This document shows positions 27,350 through 36,100 of a DNA stretch of 64,000 nt, one piece after another. Under the pieces are notes generated by a model, which made no database searches, was not told the DNA's origin, and was given only the letters and a program-made list of their open reading frames with translations. The position numbers and the translations under genes were made by a program. How positions within the stretch are numbered: the first letter of the stretch is position 1; every line of letters begins with the position of its first letter. The stretch comes from Thermoplasmata archaeon (GTDB lineage: Archaea; Thermoplasmatota; Thermoplasmata; GCA-020350865), in assembly GCA_020348445.1 (NCBI GenBank), contig CP070751.1, forward strand, positions 4,956,303-5,020,302, written 5' to 3'.

Positions 27350-28959
27350 TACCTTCCACCCCCTGCACAGGCACAAGCACAGGCACAGGCACAAGCACAG
27401 CCTCCACCAGAGAATCCACCTCCAGAGCCACCTGAAGGCAGTGGATTTGTCGTATTGACCACATCATGAGTAAAGGACGTTAAATTGTGCACAACAGATT
27501 TGCTGATCATATTTGTGCTTTTCACAAATCCTTGGGACCAACTTACTAATGGATTTGGTCCGGGTGATGCGGCGGCACCGCCAGGTCCGGAATATGGGTA
27601 CCATATCCTACTCTCAAGCAGTATGAATCTATGTTTGTAAGTGGGATCAAGTAACAACCATTCATCATTCTTTGAAGCATTTGATACTGCAATCTCGGGA
27701 GTTCCGCTTTTTTCAACTTCTGACCAGGCAAGTTCCACAATTCTCTTATAATATTTCTTGGTAGCGGCATAATCAAAACCATGGATTTTACTTTGAACAG
27801 AATCGATGAGTTCTTCGAGGACATTCCCCAATCCTTCATTATCTATAAAACCAGTGGGTTCAATTGCTTTTTCCACGAACTTCAATTCGTAATCCCGTGA
27901 TAATTTCTCTTTATATATAACAACAACTCGCAGAGGTTTTTCTGGAAACACCTTTACTGCCTCTTTTTTTTCCATCCCAAAAATTATCATGGTGGCAACA
28001 ATATTAAGTGGTTTTTCCAATACAATTGCCGCTTCCACAGCAGTCAATCCAATACGGGGACCCGCACCTTTAACTGACAGTTCTGGTTCAAAATAATCAA
28101 GACGTCTTCGGTATTTAGTGTAAAATATAGATCCAAATAGGGAAAATATAAAAATTACTGTACAGCAAGCAAACATCCCAGGACCTGCTATTAAAATGCC
28201 TTCATAAATGCCCTGCCAGACCCTGTATCTGTAATGCACTTCCACATATTCATCTGGGAAAGAAACGCCAACATCGCATTCTCCGGACTCAATTAGAGAA
28301 GGAGATTTTGAGCCGTAATCCCAGTGGTAAACAAGCCTTTCTTTGTTATCATCCCAATCAATGGATGTATAAGGATGGTCCTCAAGATATTTGACTTTTG
28401 AAGGATCATCAAGTCCTTCTGGGAGATACACCCAAACCTGTAGGTCCTCTGTTTTGCCGCTTTGATACTCATTGCTGAACCATGTAGGTCGGAATCTTAT
28501 GCCAGCATAACCAGTGTTTTTAACATCGTCATATACCATATGTGGATTATCGGCCTCAAAGAAAACCTGTATTTCAGAGCCCCTGCTTCTAGGGCTGAAC
28601 TCCACTGCTATTCCCATGGGGATATATGGTGATTGGAGGATTGAATGTCTTACTCTATCACCATCAATGTAAACTACAGCGTTGGCTGAATCTAATGTGT
28701 AGAAGGAATTTGGCATTCCTATGTCAACTCCGTCCAGGGTGCCTAAAATATCAATGAACTCGAACTCATATTCTATATGAATGGAGCCGTCTTTTTCAAT
28801 GTATACAAAACAATGTTCTTTGACCGTCTGGAATTGGTAATCGTCTTGGGCTTTGGCATTAATATTTTCTTGGGGGATGGGTGCCGATTGTAAAATAATT
28901 AAGAAGAATACAAAGATACTTAATAAGGCAAATAATGTAACTTTGTTGTACTTCACCAT
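27349..28959 (-). CDS. DUF2207-like single-pass membrane protein with Gly-rich, (Cys-Ala)6 C-terminal tail
   Basis: Signal peptide 'LFALLSIFVFFLIILQSA'. Extracytoplasmic N-domain ('VYIEKDGSIHIEYEFEF'), one TM, and a cytoplasmic domain ('GLTAVEAAIVLEKPLNIVATMIIFGMEKK'). The tail is 'SGGSGGGFSGGGCACACACACACAGGGR*'. This layout is as I recall for DUF2207 and is not HMM-verified. Confidence 0.6.
   Translation of the reverse strand: MVKYNKVTLFALLSIFVFFLIILQSAPIPQENINAKAQDDYQFQTVKEHCFVYIEKDGSIHIEYEFEFIDILGTLDGVDIGMPNSFYTLDSANAVVYIDGDRVRHSILQSPYIPMGIAVEFSPRSRGSEIQVFFEADNPHMVYDDVKNTGYAGIRFRPTWFSNEYQSGKTEDLQVWVYLPEGLDDPSKVKYLEDHPYTSIDWDDNKERLVYHWDYGSKSPSLIESGECDVGVSFPDEYVEVHYRYRVWQGIYEGILIAGPGMFACCTVIFIFSLFGSIFYTKYRRRLDYFEPELSVKGAGPRIGLTAVEAAIVLEKPLNIVATMIIFGMEKKEAVKVFPEKPLRVVVIYKEKLSRDYELKFVEKAIEPTGFIDNEGLGNVLEELIDSVQSKIHGFDYAATKKYYKRIVELAWSEVEKSGTPEIAVSNASKNDEWLLLDPTYKHRFILLESRIWYPYSGPGGAAASPGPNPLVSWSQGFVKSTNMISKSVVHNLTSFTHDVVNTTNPLPSGGSGGGFSGGGCACACACACACAGGGR
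27364..27400 (-). repeat. Hexanucleotide microsatellite (TGTGCY)6 encoding (Cys-Ala)6
   Basis: The plus strand reads GCACAG GCACAA GCACAG GCACAG GCACAA GCACAG. It lies at the junction of two coupled genes. Confidence 0.9.
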
Positions 28960-29330
28960 TTTGGTTTTTCCTCCAGCTCGTAAACTAAATCACAGTAACC
29001 ACATTTTACTATCACCCCTCCCGAAATAATGCCAAGATCCCTTTCAGATAACTTTGCACCGCAACCTTTACATTTGAGGTTCTTGATAACTTTTTCACCT
29101 GAGAGATCTACTTTGACTGTCTGACTTACGAGTTTTGGTTGCACGGCCTTTGCATAATCAATTCTATAGATTATCAGGAAGAATCCGCAGCCAATTATGA
29201 TCATTATTATTCCGATTGCTATATTCATTACTTCTCCCGAGCTTCCCATAAGGAAAATTAAACCAAGAAGCAGTAAAATGATGCCGAGAAAAACAAGTAC
29301 AAATCTATAGGAAGAATTCATGATACACAA
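28953..29330 (-). CDS. 2-TM membrane protein with C-terminal zinc ribbon
   Basis: Two TM helices, then 'CKGCGAKLSERDLGIISGGVIVKCGYCD'. The stop overlaps the start of the DUF2207-like gene (ATGGTGA, 28953-28959). Confidence 0.5.
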   Translation of the reverse strand: MCIMNSSYRFVLVFLGIILLLLGLIFLMGSSGEVMNIAIGIIMIIIGCGFFLIIYRIDYAKAVQPKLVSQTVKVDLSGEKVIKNLKCKGCGAKLSERDLGIISGGVIVKCGYCDLVYELEEKPKW

Positions 29331-29378
29331 AATAGCAAAGTCGTATTTATATATTTATACGACAAACACCCAAGATTT

Positions 29379-29717
29379 TTATAGATAGAACTTTCGTACA
29401 AATACGAGATCAACTAATAGGATTATGCACAATATTCCACCAAGATAGCTTTCTATGTTTACATTTACCCAATCCAATATAAAGATTATTGTTCCAATAA
29501 CTCCAATAATGAGAGCTGCAACCCATGCGACTCTTTTAAGAAGATACAGGCCCAAGGCTGTGACCATGGAAGCTAGGGCAAGAAACAATGGTAATAATGC
29601 GATCATGATACCGTCTTCGAGTACATACAGTATGCCCGGTATTGCAAACAAAACGCCTATTGCAATCATAAGAAGTGTAACGTATTTTACACCCTTTGCT
29701 CTCGGTCCGAGGCTCAA
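29379..29717 (-). CDS. Small 4-TM membrane protein
   Basis: 112 aa, almost entirely hydrophobic helices. Same strand as the downstream operon, 48 nt upstream of it. Confidence 0.45.
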   Translation of the reverse strand: MSLGPRAKGVKYVTLLMIAIGVLFAIPGILYVLEDGIMIALLPLFLALASMVTALGLYLLKRVAWVAALIIGVIGTIIFILDWVNVNIESYLGGILCIILLVDLVFVRKFYL

Positions 29718-29829
29718 GTTATGATCACCTTTAATTTCCTTTATCGAAGATATACGAATATAGGAATTACATTTAAGCTTAAATTAATTTCCTTGAAGGT
29801 TTTTGCCTTACTGCATCCGAATCCGCGAA

Positions 29830-29889
29830 AGACCTAATTCTCTGTTACATCATAATATCCAAAGATGAAAAGATAGAGAAAAAGTTACA
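29830..29889 (+). repeat. Direct repeat R1: duplicated 5' coding segment of the tsr3-like gene, left flank of the vapBC cassette
   Basis: 'AGACCTAATTCTCTGTTACATCATAAT' (27/27), then 'GATGAAAAGAT' and 'GAGAAAAA', all shared with 30649-30709. It translates to 'DLILCYIIISKDEKIEKK'. Confidence 0.8.
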
Positions 29890-29966
29890 ATTATTATTTT
29901 ATAAATCATTATTGTATACATAAGTTATATAAACCTGTAAACATATATGTAAACATTGGTGTAAAC

Positions 29967-30182
29967 ATGAGCGTAACCATTTCCATAAGAGTCGATGAAA
30001 AAATTAAAGAAAGCATTGAAGAAATGGGATACAAACCTGGGGAATACCTCAAAGAAATCCTTATTAGGGAGTTGAAGAAGGAACGCGCAAGAAACACACT
30101 ATCTTGGCTTAAAACACATAGATTGAAAACAAAGGGAAAGTCCACTGAAAAACAGATTCGGGAGGATAGGGAGTCGCGATGA
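29967..30182 (+). CDS. vapB: VapB-type antitoxin (ribbon-helix-helix/CopG-like)
   Basis: 71 aa, 'MSVTISIRVDEKIKESIEEMG...'. ATGA overlap with the PIN gene. Confidence 0.7.
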   Translation: MSVTISIRVDEKIKESIEEMGYKPGEYLKEILIRELKKERARNTLSWLKTHRLKTKGKSTEKQIREDRESR

Positions 30183-30598
30183 AATTAGTTCTGGATTCAT
30201 CTGTGATCGCCAAACTCTTCTTTAAAGAGGCAGGATCAGATTCTGCAATAAAGCTCATGGAAATTGGCGATGAAAAGGATATCGAATTTTTGGCATCGGA
30301 TTTGGTAATCTATGAGGTGGGCAATACCATCTGGAAAAATCTAAGAAGAAAGAATAAGGACGGAGGCAGATACATCAAATTGCTTTTTTTGTTGAACATC
30401 GATTTTATATCTATTGATGATAGTTTGGCTTCTGAAGCGCTAGATGTAGCACAAAGATATAATATCACATATTATGATGGAGTTCATATGGTAGTAGGTA
30501 AGAAAAACAAAGCTACTTTGGTGACGCAGGATAAAGTACTTTTAAAGAAATTTAAATCCACCTCATCTATTAAAGAAGTTTTAGAAAGAATTGAATAA
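30179..30598 (+). CDS. vapC: PIN-domain ribonuclease toxin VapC
   Basis: 'LVLDSSVIAKLF' (first acidic residue), 'IYEVGNTIWK', 'YYDGVHMVV', 'LVTQDKVLLKK'. These give the typical spacing of four acidic residues. Confidence 0.85.
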   Translation: MKLVLDSSVIAKLFFKEAGSDSAIKLMEIGDEKDIEFLASDLVIYEVGNTIWKNLRRKNKDGGRYIKLLFLLNIDFISIDDSLASEALDVAQRYNITYYDGVHMVVGKKNKATLVTQDKVLLKKFKSTSSIKEVLERIE

Positions 30599-30610
30599 TC
30601 AGTACGATAT

Positions 30611-31135
30611 ATGTGCCCTCACATGTCCCACAACCACAGTCCGAAAGAAGACCTAATTCTCTGTTACATCATAATCTCGCGTGATGAAAAGATCGAGAAA
30701 AAATGTACACTATATCCTCTACGCGGAAGGCCGGATTTCTCCTTTCGGACCAGGAAGAATCCAGGGGAGTTCACATCCAACGTTATCCTGCTATTCCCCG
30801 ATGGAGAGCCACTTACAAATGTGCTGGTAAATGAAATAAAAGAACAATTAAAAGCCGCTCCCTACGAGAGTGGTAAAATAGAACTAGGTATCGTGCTTGT
30901 GGATTCACGCTGGAAGAAAACAAAAGGAATCCTTGAATCGCTCCCACCCCTGAGGATGGTATCCCTAAAGGGATTCATCACCGGGGCTAAAAGAAAGGAC
31001 CCACCCCCACTCGGGGGACTTGCAAGTGTGGAGGCCCTCTATTTAACCTCACTTCTTTTTGGAAAAACAGATCCTACCTTACTTTCCAATTACCACTTTC
31101 GGGAGCGTTTTTTAAAGCTCAATGAGCTAATATAA
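30611..31135 (+). CDS. tsr3: Tsr3/DTW-superfamily aminocarboxypropyltransferase-like protein
   Basis: 'KKCTLYPLRG', 'VLVDSRWKK' (the D-x-[ST]-W position), 'LASVEALYLTSLLFG' and C-terminal 'FRERFLKLNE' match my recollection of archaeal Tsr3 motifs. The start is uncertain because the 5' end is duplicated. Confidence 0.5.
   Translation: MCPHMSHNHSPKEDLILCYIIISRDEKIEKKCTLYPLRGRPDFSFRTRKNPGEFTSNVILLFPDGEPLTNVLVNEIKEQLKAAPYESGKIELGIVLVDSRWKKTKGILESLPPLRMVSLKGFITGAKRKDPPPLGGLASVEALYLTSLLFGKTDPTLLSNYHFRERFLKLNELI
30649..30709 (+). repeat. Direct repeat R2 (within the 5' end of the tsr3-like gene), right flank of the vapBC cassette
   Basis: See 29830-29889. Confidence 0.8.
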
Positions 31136-31140
31136 TCTGT

Positions 31141-32454
31141 TCACCTGAGCCATGCGAAATCAGTGCCATCCGAGGCGGCATGAACAATCACCACTATCAC
31201 CGTGAGAATAGTCAACAGCAGATGCAACCTTCTCCAATTATCTGCACCCCAACGAGCAATCAATGATTTCTGATACAATCCTACAAAACCCAGTGCACCG
31301 AGAACAAAGAAGGCAAAAGAGCCGAAGGCCAAGCCTCTCAATGTGGTGGCATGGGGGCTGAAGGGTAGTAGCATTCCATGAACAAATGAGAGGAGTATAA
31401 GAACAAACGAGATTCTGCAGTGCCAACTGGTCCTATTCCCTGCACCTTTCAAAACACCCTCGATTCGAATGCGCATCGGTTTGTACAATCCACTCAATAC
31501 AATGGAAACAATAAGAACCACTGCCGAGATGATACCAGTTGTCCTCTCGATATCGATTATGGAGATGGCCTGCTCCCATTCACGTTCAGGTGGATTGTAA
31601 ACATACCTATCACCAACCTCCAATTCTGAAGAGGCGTCATATGTGTACAGCTCACTGTCTGGATGAGAAGGGTCATCATGGTCATGATGTGCAGTTCCAC
31701 TGACGATCACCAAGACGGTGTTACCACCCTTAGCAATTGACCTAAGAGACCAGGAAAAGGTATGCTCATCCCCTGGCCCCAGATCAGGACCGCTTTGCCT
31801 GCTTTTTTCTAGGTCGTATTGGACATCAATTGTGATTGAAAACGAAATGCTGGGGGTACCTACAATATAGTGCACCTCAGCCCTATAGTCCCCATAACCT
31901 GCCTCTCTCAGATCATCTGCATCAAGAGTGAGCTCAGGATTGGCACCAGCACCTCCTACCGCCCAAGCAGTGTCGCCATCGGGACTGTAAACATTGAGAT
32001 CGATATTGTTAACTTCAAAGGGCCCTTCGTCGCCATCTACCTTTATAGTGGCCTCAGTGGCGTTGTCCTCAACAGGGAAAAGGAAGGTATCTGAGTTCGA
32101 AGAAAGGCTCACCGAACTGGATTCCTCCATATGGTATGGCTCAGTTGTTTCAGTTGTAAATTCCAAATTGGGAGCCTTTGAAAGATCCAGTAGGGCAGAA
32201 AGACCCAAAACATCGTGCTTCCACTCGTCGCGAACAATGACCTTGTACTCGAATTCGTAATTATCAGGCACCTCAGAGGGGGCGTCAATTGTGAGGGTAA
32301 ATGCTTCAAAATCCTCATGGCCCTCGTCACCTTCCTCGCATTCCTCCTCACCTTTTTCGCCTTCAGGGATAGCAAGGAGAATTCCCATTGCTATAACGTG
32401 AACCACTAAGACTGTGATGATAACTGTGTAGAACTTGTTTTGGTTCTTCTTCAT
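31141..32454 (-). CDS. Membrane protein: extracytoplasmic acidic domain + C-terminal 4-TM module with two H-x13-H pairs (di-haem cytochrome b/ferric-reductase-like)
   Basis: N-terminal anchor 'FYTVIITVLVVHVIAMGILLA'. TM helices 'WHCRISFVLILLSFVHG' and 'RLHLLLTILTVIVVIVHA' each have two His residues separated by 13 residues. Confidence 0.5.
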   Translation of the reverse strand: MKKNQNKFYTVIITVLVVHVIAMGILLAIPEGEKGEEECEEGDEGHEDFEAFTLTIDAPSEVPDNYEFEYKVIVRDEWKHDVLGLSALLDLSKAPNLEFTTETTEPYHMEESSSVSLSSNSDTFLFPVEDNATEATIKVDGDEGPFEVNNIDLNVYSPDGDTAWAVGGAGANPELTLDADDLREAGYGDYRAEVHYIVGTPSISFSITIDVQYDLEKSRQSGPDLGPGDEHTFSWSLRSIAKGGNTVLVIVSGTAHHDHDDPSHPDSELYTYDASSELEVGDRYVYNPPEREWEQAISIIDIERTTGIISAVVLIVSIVLSGLYKPMRIRIEGVLKGAGNRTSWHCRISFVLILLSFVHGMLLPFSPHATTLRGLAFGSFAFFVLGALGFVGLYQKSLIARWGADNWRRLHLLLTILTVIVVIVHAASDGTDFAWLR

Positions 32455-32596
32455 ATAGATTGTGAAGTTATTGGATTTATTTAAAGATATTCATTATTCT
32501 CAAGGTCTAAAACTCATGTATATGGCAGTCTGCTCACGAACCTTAAAACAACCCAATTCTTAAACTTCCAAAAAAGGAGACAGATTTGTTAAAAGA

Positions 32597-32920
32597 TTAG
32601 CGATATTTTCTATTTTTATCAAGGAGTCTTAAGATATCCTCTGATGTTCTTTCCTCCATGACCCCTTGGTCAACAAGAGATCTAACATAGTCTTTTGCTT
32701 CTGCAAGTGATCCCCGAGAACCTTTGGTGATGAGATTGGCGACAAATGCATTGGTGAAATCCTCATTCATAGAGGACTCTTCTAAAATCTGTCTAAGAAG
32801 ATATTCGAAACTGATTCTGGACCTCAGATTCAGCATTGCCTCTTTCTCATGATTCTGTCTGTACTTGTTCCTTCTTTGGGCCTTTGAAGGCCCAGATCGT
32901 CTGTTGGCCAAATCAAACAC
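32597..32920 (-). CDS. Small basic hypothetical protein
   Basis: 107-aa ORF with a GTG start; the ATG at 'MLNL' is an alternative. No motif recognised. Confidence 0.3.
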   Translation of the reverse strand: MFDLANRRSGPSKAQRRNKYRQNHEKEAMLNLRSRISFEYLLRQILEESSMNEDFTNAFVANLITKGSRGSLAEAKDYVRSLVDQGVMEERTSEDILRLLDKNRKYR

Positions 32921-33162
32921 TCCGTTTTTGTCCTACCCAAATAGTAAAACAAGATACTATGTCTCATCATCTCAGGCAAGCAGGATAAAGAACGGCAAAA
33001 CATAAGGAGTCTGTCCTTCGATATCCATTATGATTGTTCTTTTATCTGGGAATGACAAAAACCCAAGCAGTTCATAATACTTAAGCCTTGTTATATAAAA
33101 ATCCAGTTAAGTGAAAAAATCCAAGAAAGGAGGAATATATAGTCATGCATGAAAATCCTTTA

Positions 33163-36100
33163 TTATAAATTGATCTGTCCCGACACTCCGCAGGAAGGAC
33201 ATTTTATTGTGTTTGGTCCCTTTTTAAGGTTTATCTTGAAGGCATTTTTGCACTTAGGGCATCTGATGGTCTTGGTGAAAGTGGGCTCTGTCTCGGTTGG
33301 AACAGGAGGTGGTGGTGCAGGGGGAGGAGGTGGTGCTGCCACGGGGGGAGGAGGCTGACTGATAGGTTGCGGTTGTTCAACTTGCGGAGTCACAACAGGT
33401 GCAGCTACTTCTGCGGGAGGTACAGGCGGTGCTGCTGAGACTTCTTGTGCAACAGGTGCTACGGCTGGGATCACAGGTGGTATAACCTCGGTTTTCTTCT
33501 TTTTCCTTGTTAGAAGCATCACCACAAGAAGCACAACAAGGACGATGATGATCACCAAAAGAAGAAGATACATCATCATTTTGTCGCCTTCATCTGCATC
33601 ATTTGTTGTTGTTCCATTATCTTTCTCACCGTCATCTTCTTCATTGGGATCTGATCCTGCTTGCTGCTCCTGTAGATTTGTTAAACCGTCATTATCGGGA
33701 TCATCCTCAGGCCCGTAATTTAAATTGCCGAAATGCTCCTGCTCCCAGCTGTCGAGCAGTCCATCTGAATCGCTGTCTTCTTCATCTACCTCGATTGTTA
33801 TGTTGATCATATCCTGACCTGTGCCATCGTCTTTGTCGGTCACTGTCAAAGTCACGGGATAATCTCCTGGCTCATCGTATGTATAAGTCGGGGATTCGGA
33901 AGAGGAGGTTTGACCGTCCCCGAAATCCCATAAAAAGGAGAGAGACGATGCTGAATCTTCGGAATCTGAAACAGTGGCTGAAAACGATACTGTCAGATCA
34001 TTCTGATTCTCTGATGTATCGATATTCACGGTGGGAATGTTGTTTTTGATGTCCAATGCATTGTATTTGTACATCAAATAACTTGAATCATCACCATCAC
34101 TGAAGCTCACTCGGAAGCTGTAATCCCCTAAATCAGCATCTTTCGGAGGAGATAACTCAACCTGCCACTGCCCACTGATGTACATTGGTGTGCCAAGATA
34201 GGAGGTATCCCAGAAAAATTCATCTAGGGAGTACTCGAACGTGGGAATGAGATCATCCTCATCCTTTTCGTCGTCCTGAGCATTGGCATAAAGGTATATC
34301 ACATCTTCTCGAAAGACCTCAGTATCAGATAAGCTAAGATCCAATACACTTGGGATGTTGTTTTTTACCTCAAGGCTCTCGTTGAGATAATACCAGTTGC
34401 TGTAATCACTATCCGAATCCAGGAGCCTTACCCTGAAATCATAGTCCCCGATCGCAAAAGTGGTAGAAGGTGTAAAGCTCACCTCGAAGCGGTTGTTCGA
34501 ATAACTGTAGCTTGCGCCTGAAAGATCGTTCCACGTGGAAGAACTGGAGGGTTTATACTGGAATGTAGACGTCATATCAGAAGGTAAGTTCTCTAAATCG
34601 GAACCCGTGGCATAGATAACAACTGACTCGGTTCTGTAGATCTGAGAGGATGTAACATCTATCGTGTCCACGGAGGGTAAGCTGTTTTGCACTGTTATTA
34701 TTCCCGATAGAACAAGCCAATTAGAAAAACCACCGTTGGAATCATAAAATCCTACCCTGAACTCATAATCACCCAATGTCATATCAAAGGGAGGGGAGAA
34801 TTCGATTCTCCATTGCTCATTAATGTATGTCTTTCCCGAAAAAGAGGTGTTATACCAGGAGCCACTTCCTGCGATTCGATAGTAAAATTCTGTTTTTAAA
34901 CTATTCTCGGGATCCTCGATGTCAGATCCATTTGCATAGATGTAAAGCGAGGAGCCTCGAACGACCTCAAAGCCAGAGGAGGATATGCTATCAGCCTGTG
35001 GAAGATTGTTGTTCACGACAACGCTTTGGTTTTCATAGATCCATTCACTAAAACTCAAGGCAGAATCGTTGAATCTAATCCTGAAATCGTAGGTGCTCAA
35101 CAAAGCATTTGCCGAGGGAGTGAAATTTATTCTCCACTGGCCCCCTACATAGACGGGCTCAAAGAGATAGTTTGTGGTCCAGATCGTACTTCCTGATTCC
35201 TTGCACTCAAAGTGCGGTGTAATACCAGCTTCGGAATCCTCAACATCATCCCCGTTTGCATATATGAATATCGTCTCTGTACGAAGCACATTTGAGGAGG
35301 ATATGAGAATATTGGTAGTGGTTGGAGCGTTGTTTTTTACCTCAACACCATCATAGACATATATGAAGTCACTTAAATCTCCTGCAGTATCGTTGAACCT
35401 CACCCTGAAATCATAGGTGCCCAGGACAGCATCATAAGAAGGAGAGAAGGTAATTCTCCACCGCCCTCCAGTATACGTGGGGGCAGACAGATAATCGGTT
35501 GCCCAACCAGTGCCCTCAGGATCATTGTATTCGAATACCGCATCGAGCAGATCCTCAGAATCCTCGGTATCTGTTCCATTGGCATAAATGTAAATGGATT
35601 GTGTTCTGAATACTGTATCGCTTTCCACTATCAGGTCCAAAACTTCTGGTGGATTATTTTTCACTTCAACATTATCATAAACATATAAAAAGTCACTTAA
35701 ATCTCCTGTTGTATCGCTGAATCTCACCCTGAAATCGTAGGTGCCCAGGGCAGCATCATAAGAAGGAGAGAAGCTAACCATCCACTGCCCTCCGGTATAC
35801 GTGGGGGCAGACAGATAATCAGTTGCCCAACCAGTGCCCTCAGGATCATTGTATTCAAATATCGCATCGAGCATATCCTCAGAATCCTCTGTATCCATTC
35901 CATTGGCATAGATGTAAATGGATTGCGTTCTGAAGACAGAGTTACTTTCCATTGTCAGATCCAAAACCACAGGGGGATTGTTTTCCACCAAAACGCTATC
36001 GTTGGCATATACGAAGCCACTAAATGCTTCTAGGGTATTTTTGAATCTCACCCTTAAGTCGTACCAGCCCAGAGGTGCAAGAACAGACGGGGAAAAGGGT

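Noticed and set aside
27349-27394. N-terminal extension 'MCLCLCLCLCRGWKV' of the radical SAM ORF
   Set aside because: It starts at a TTG inside the microsatellite and is simply the (Cys-Ala)6 repeat read in another frame. A GTG with an SD-like purine run at the upstream stop codon is a more plausible start. It is kept only as an alternative.
33149-33358. 69-aa plus-strand ORF ending in 'GGGGAGGGGGAATGGGG'
   Set aside because: It is the antisense reading of the poly-proline tail of the adhesin gene.
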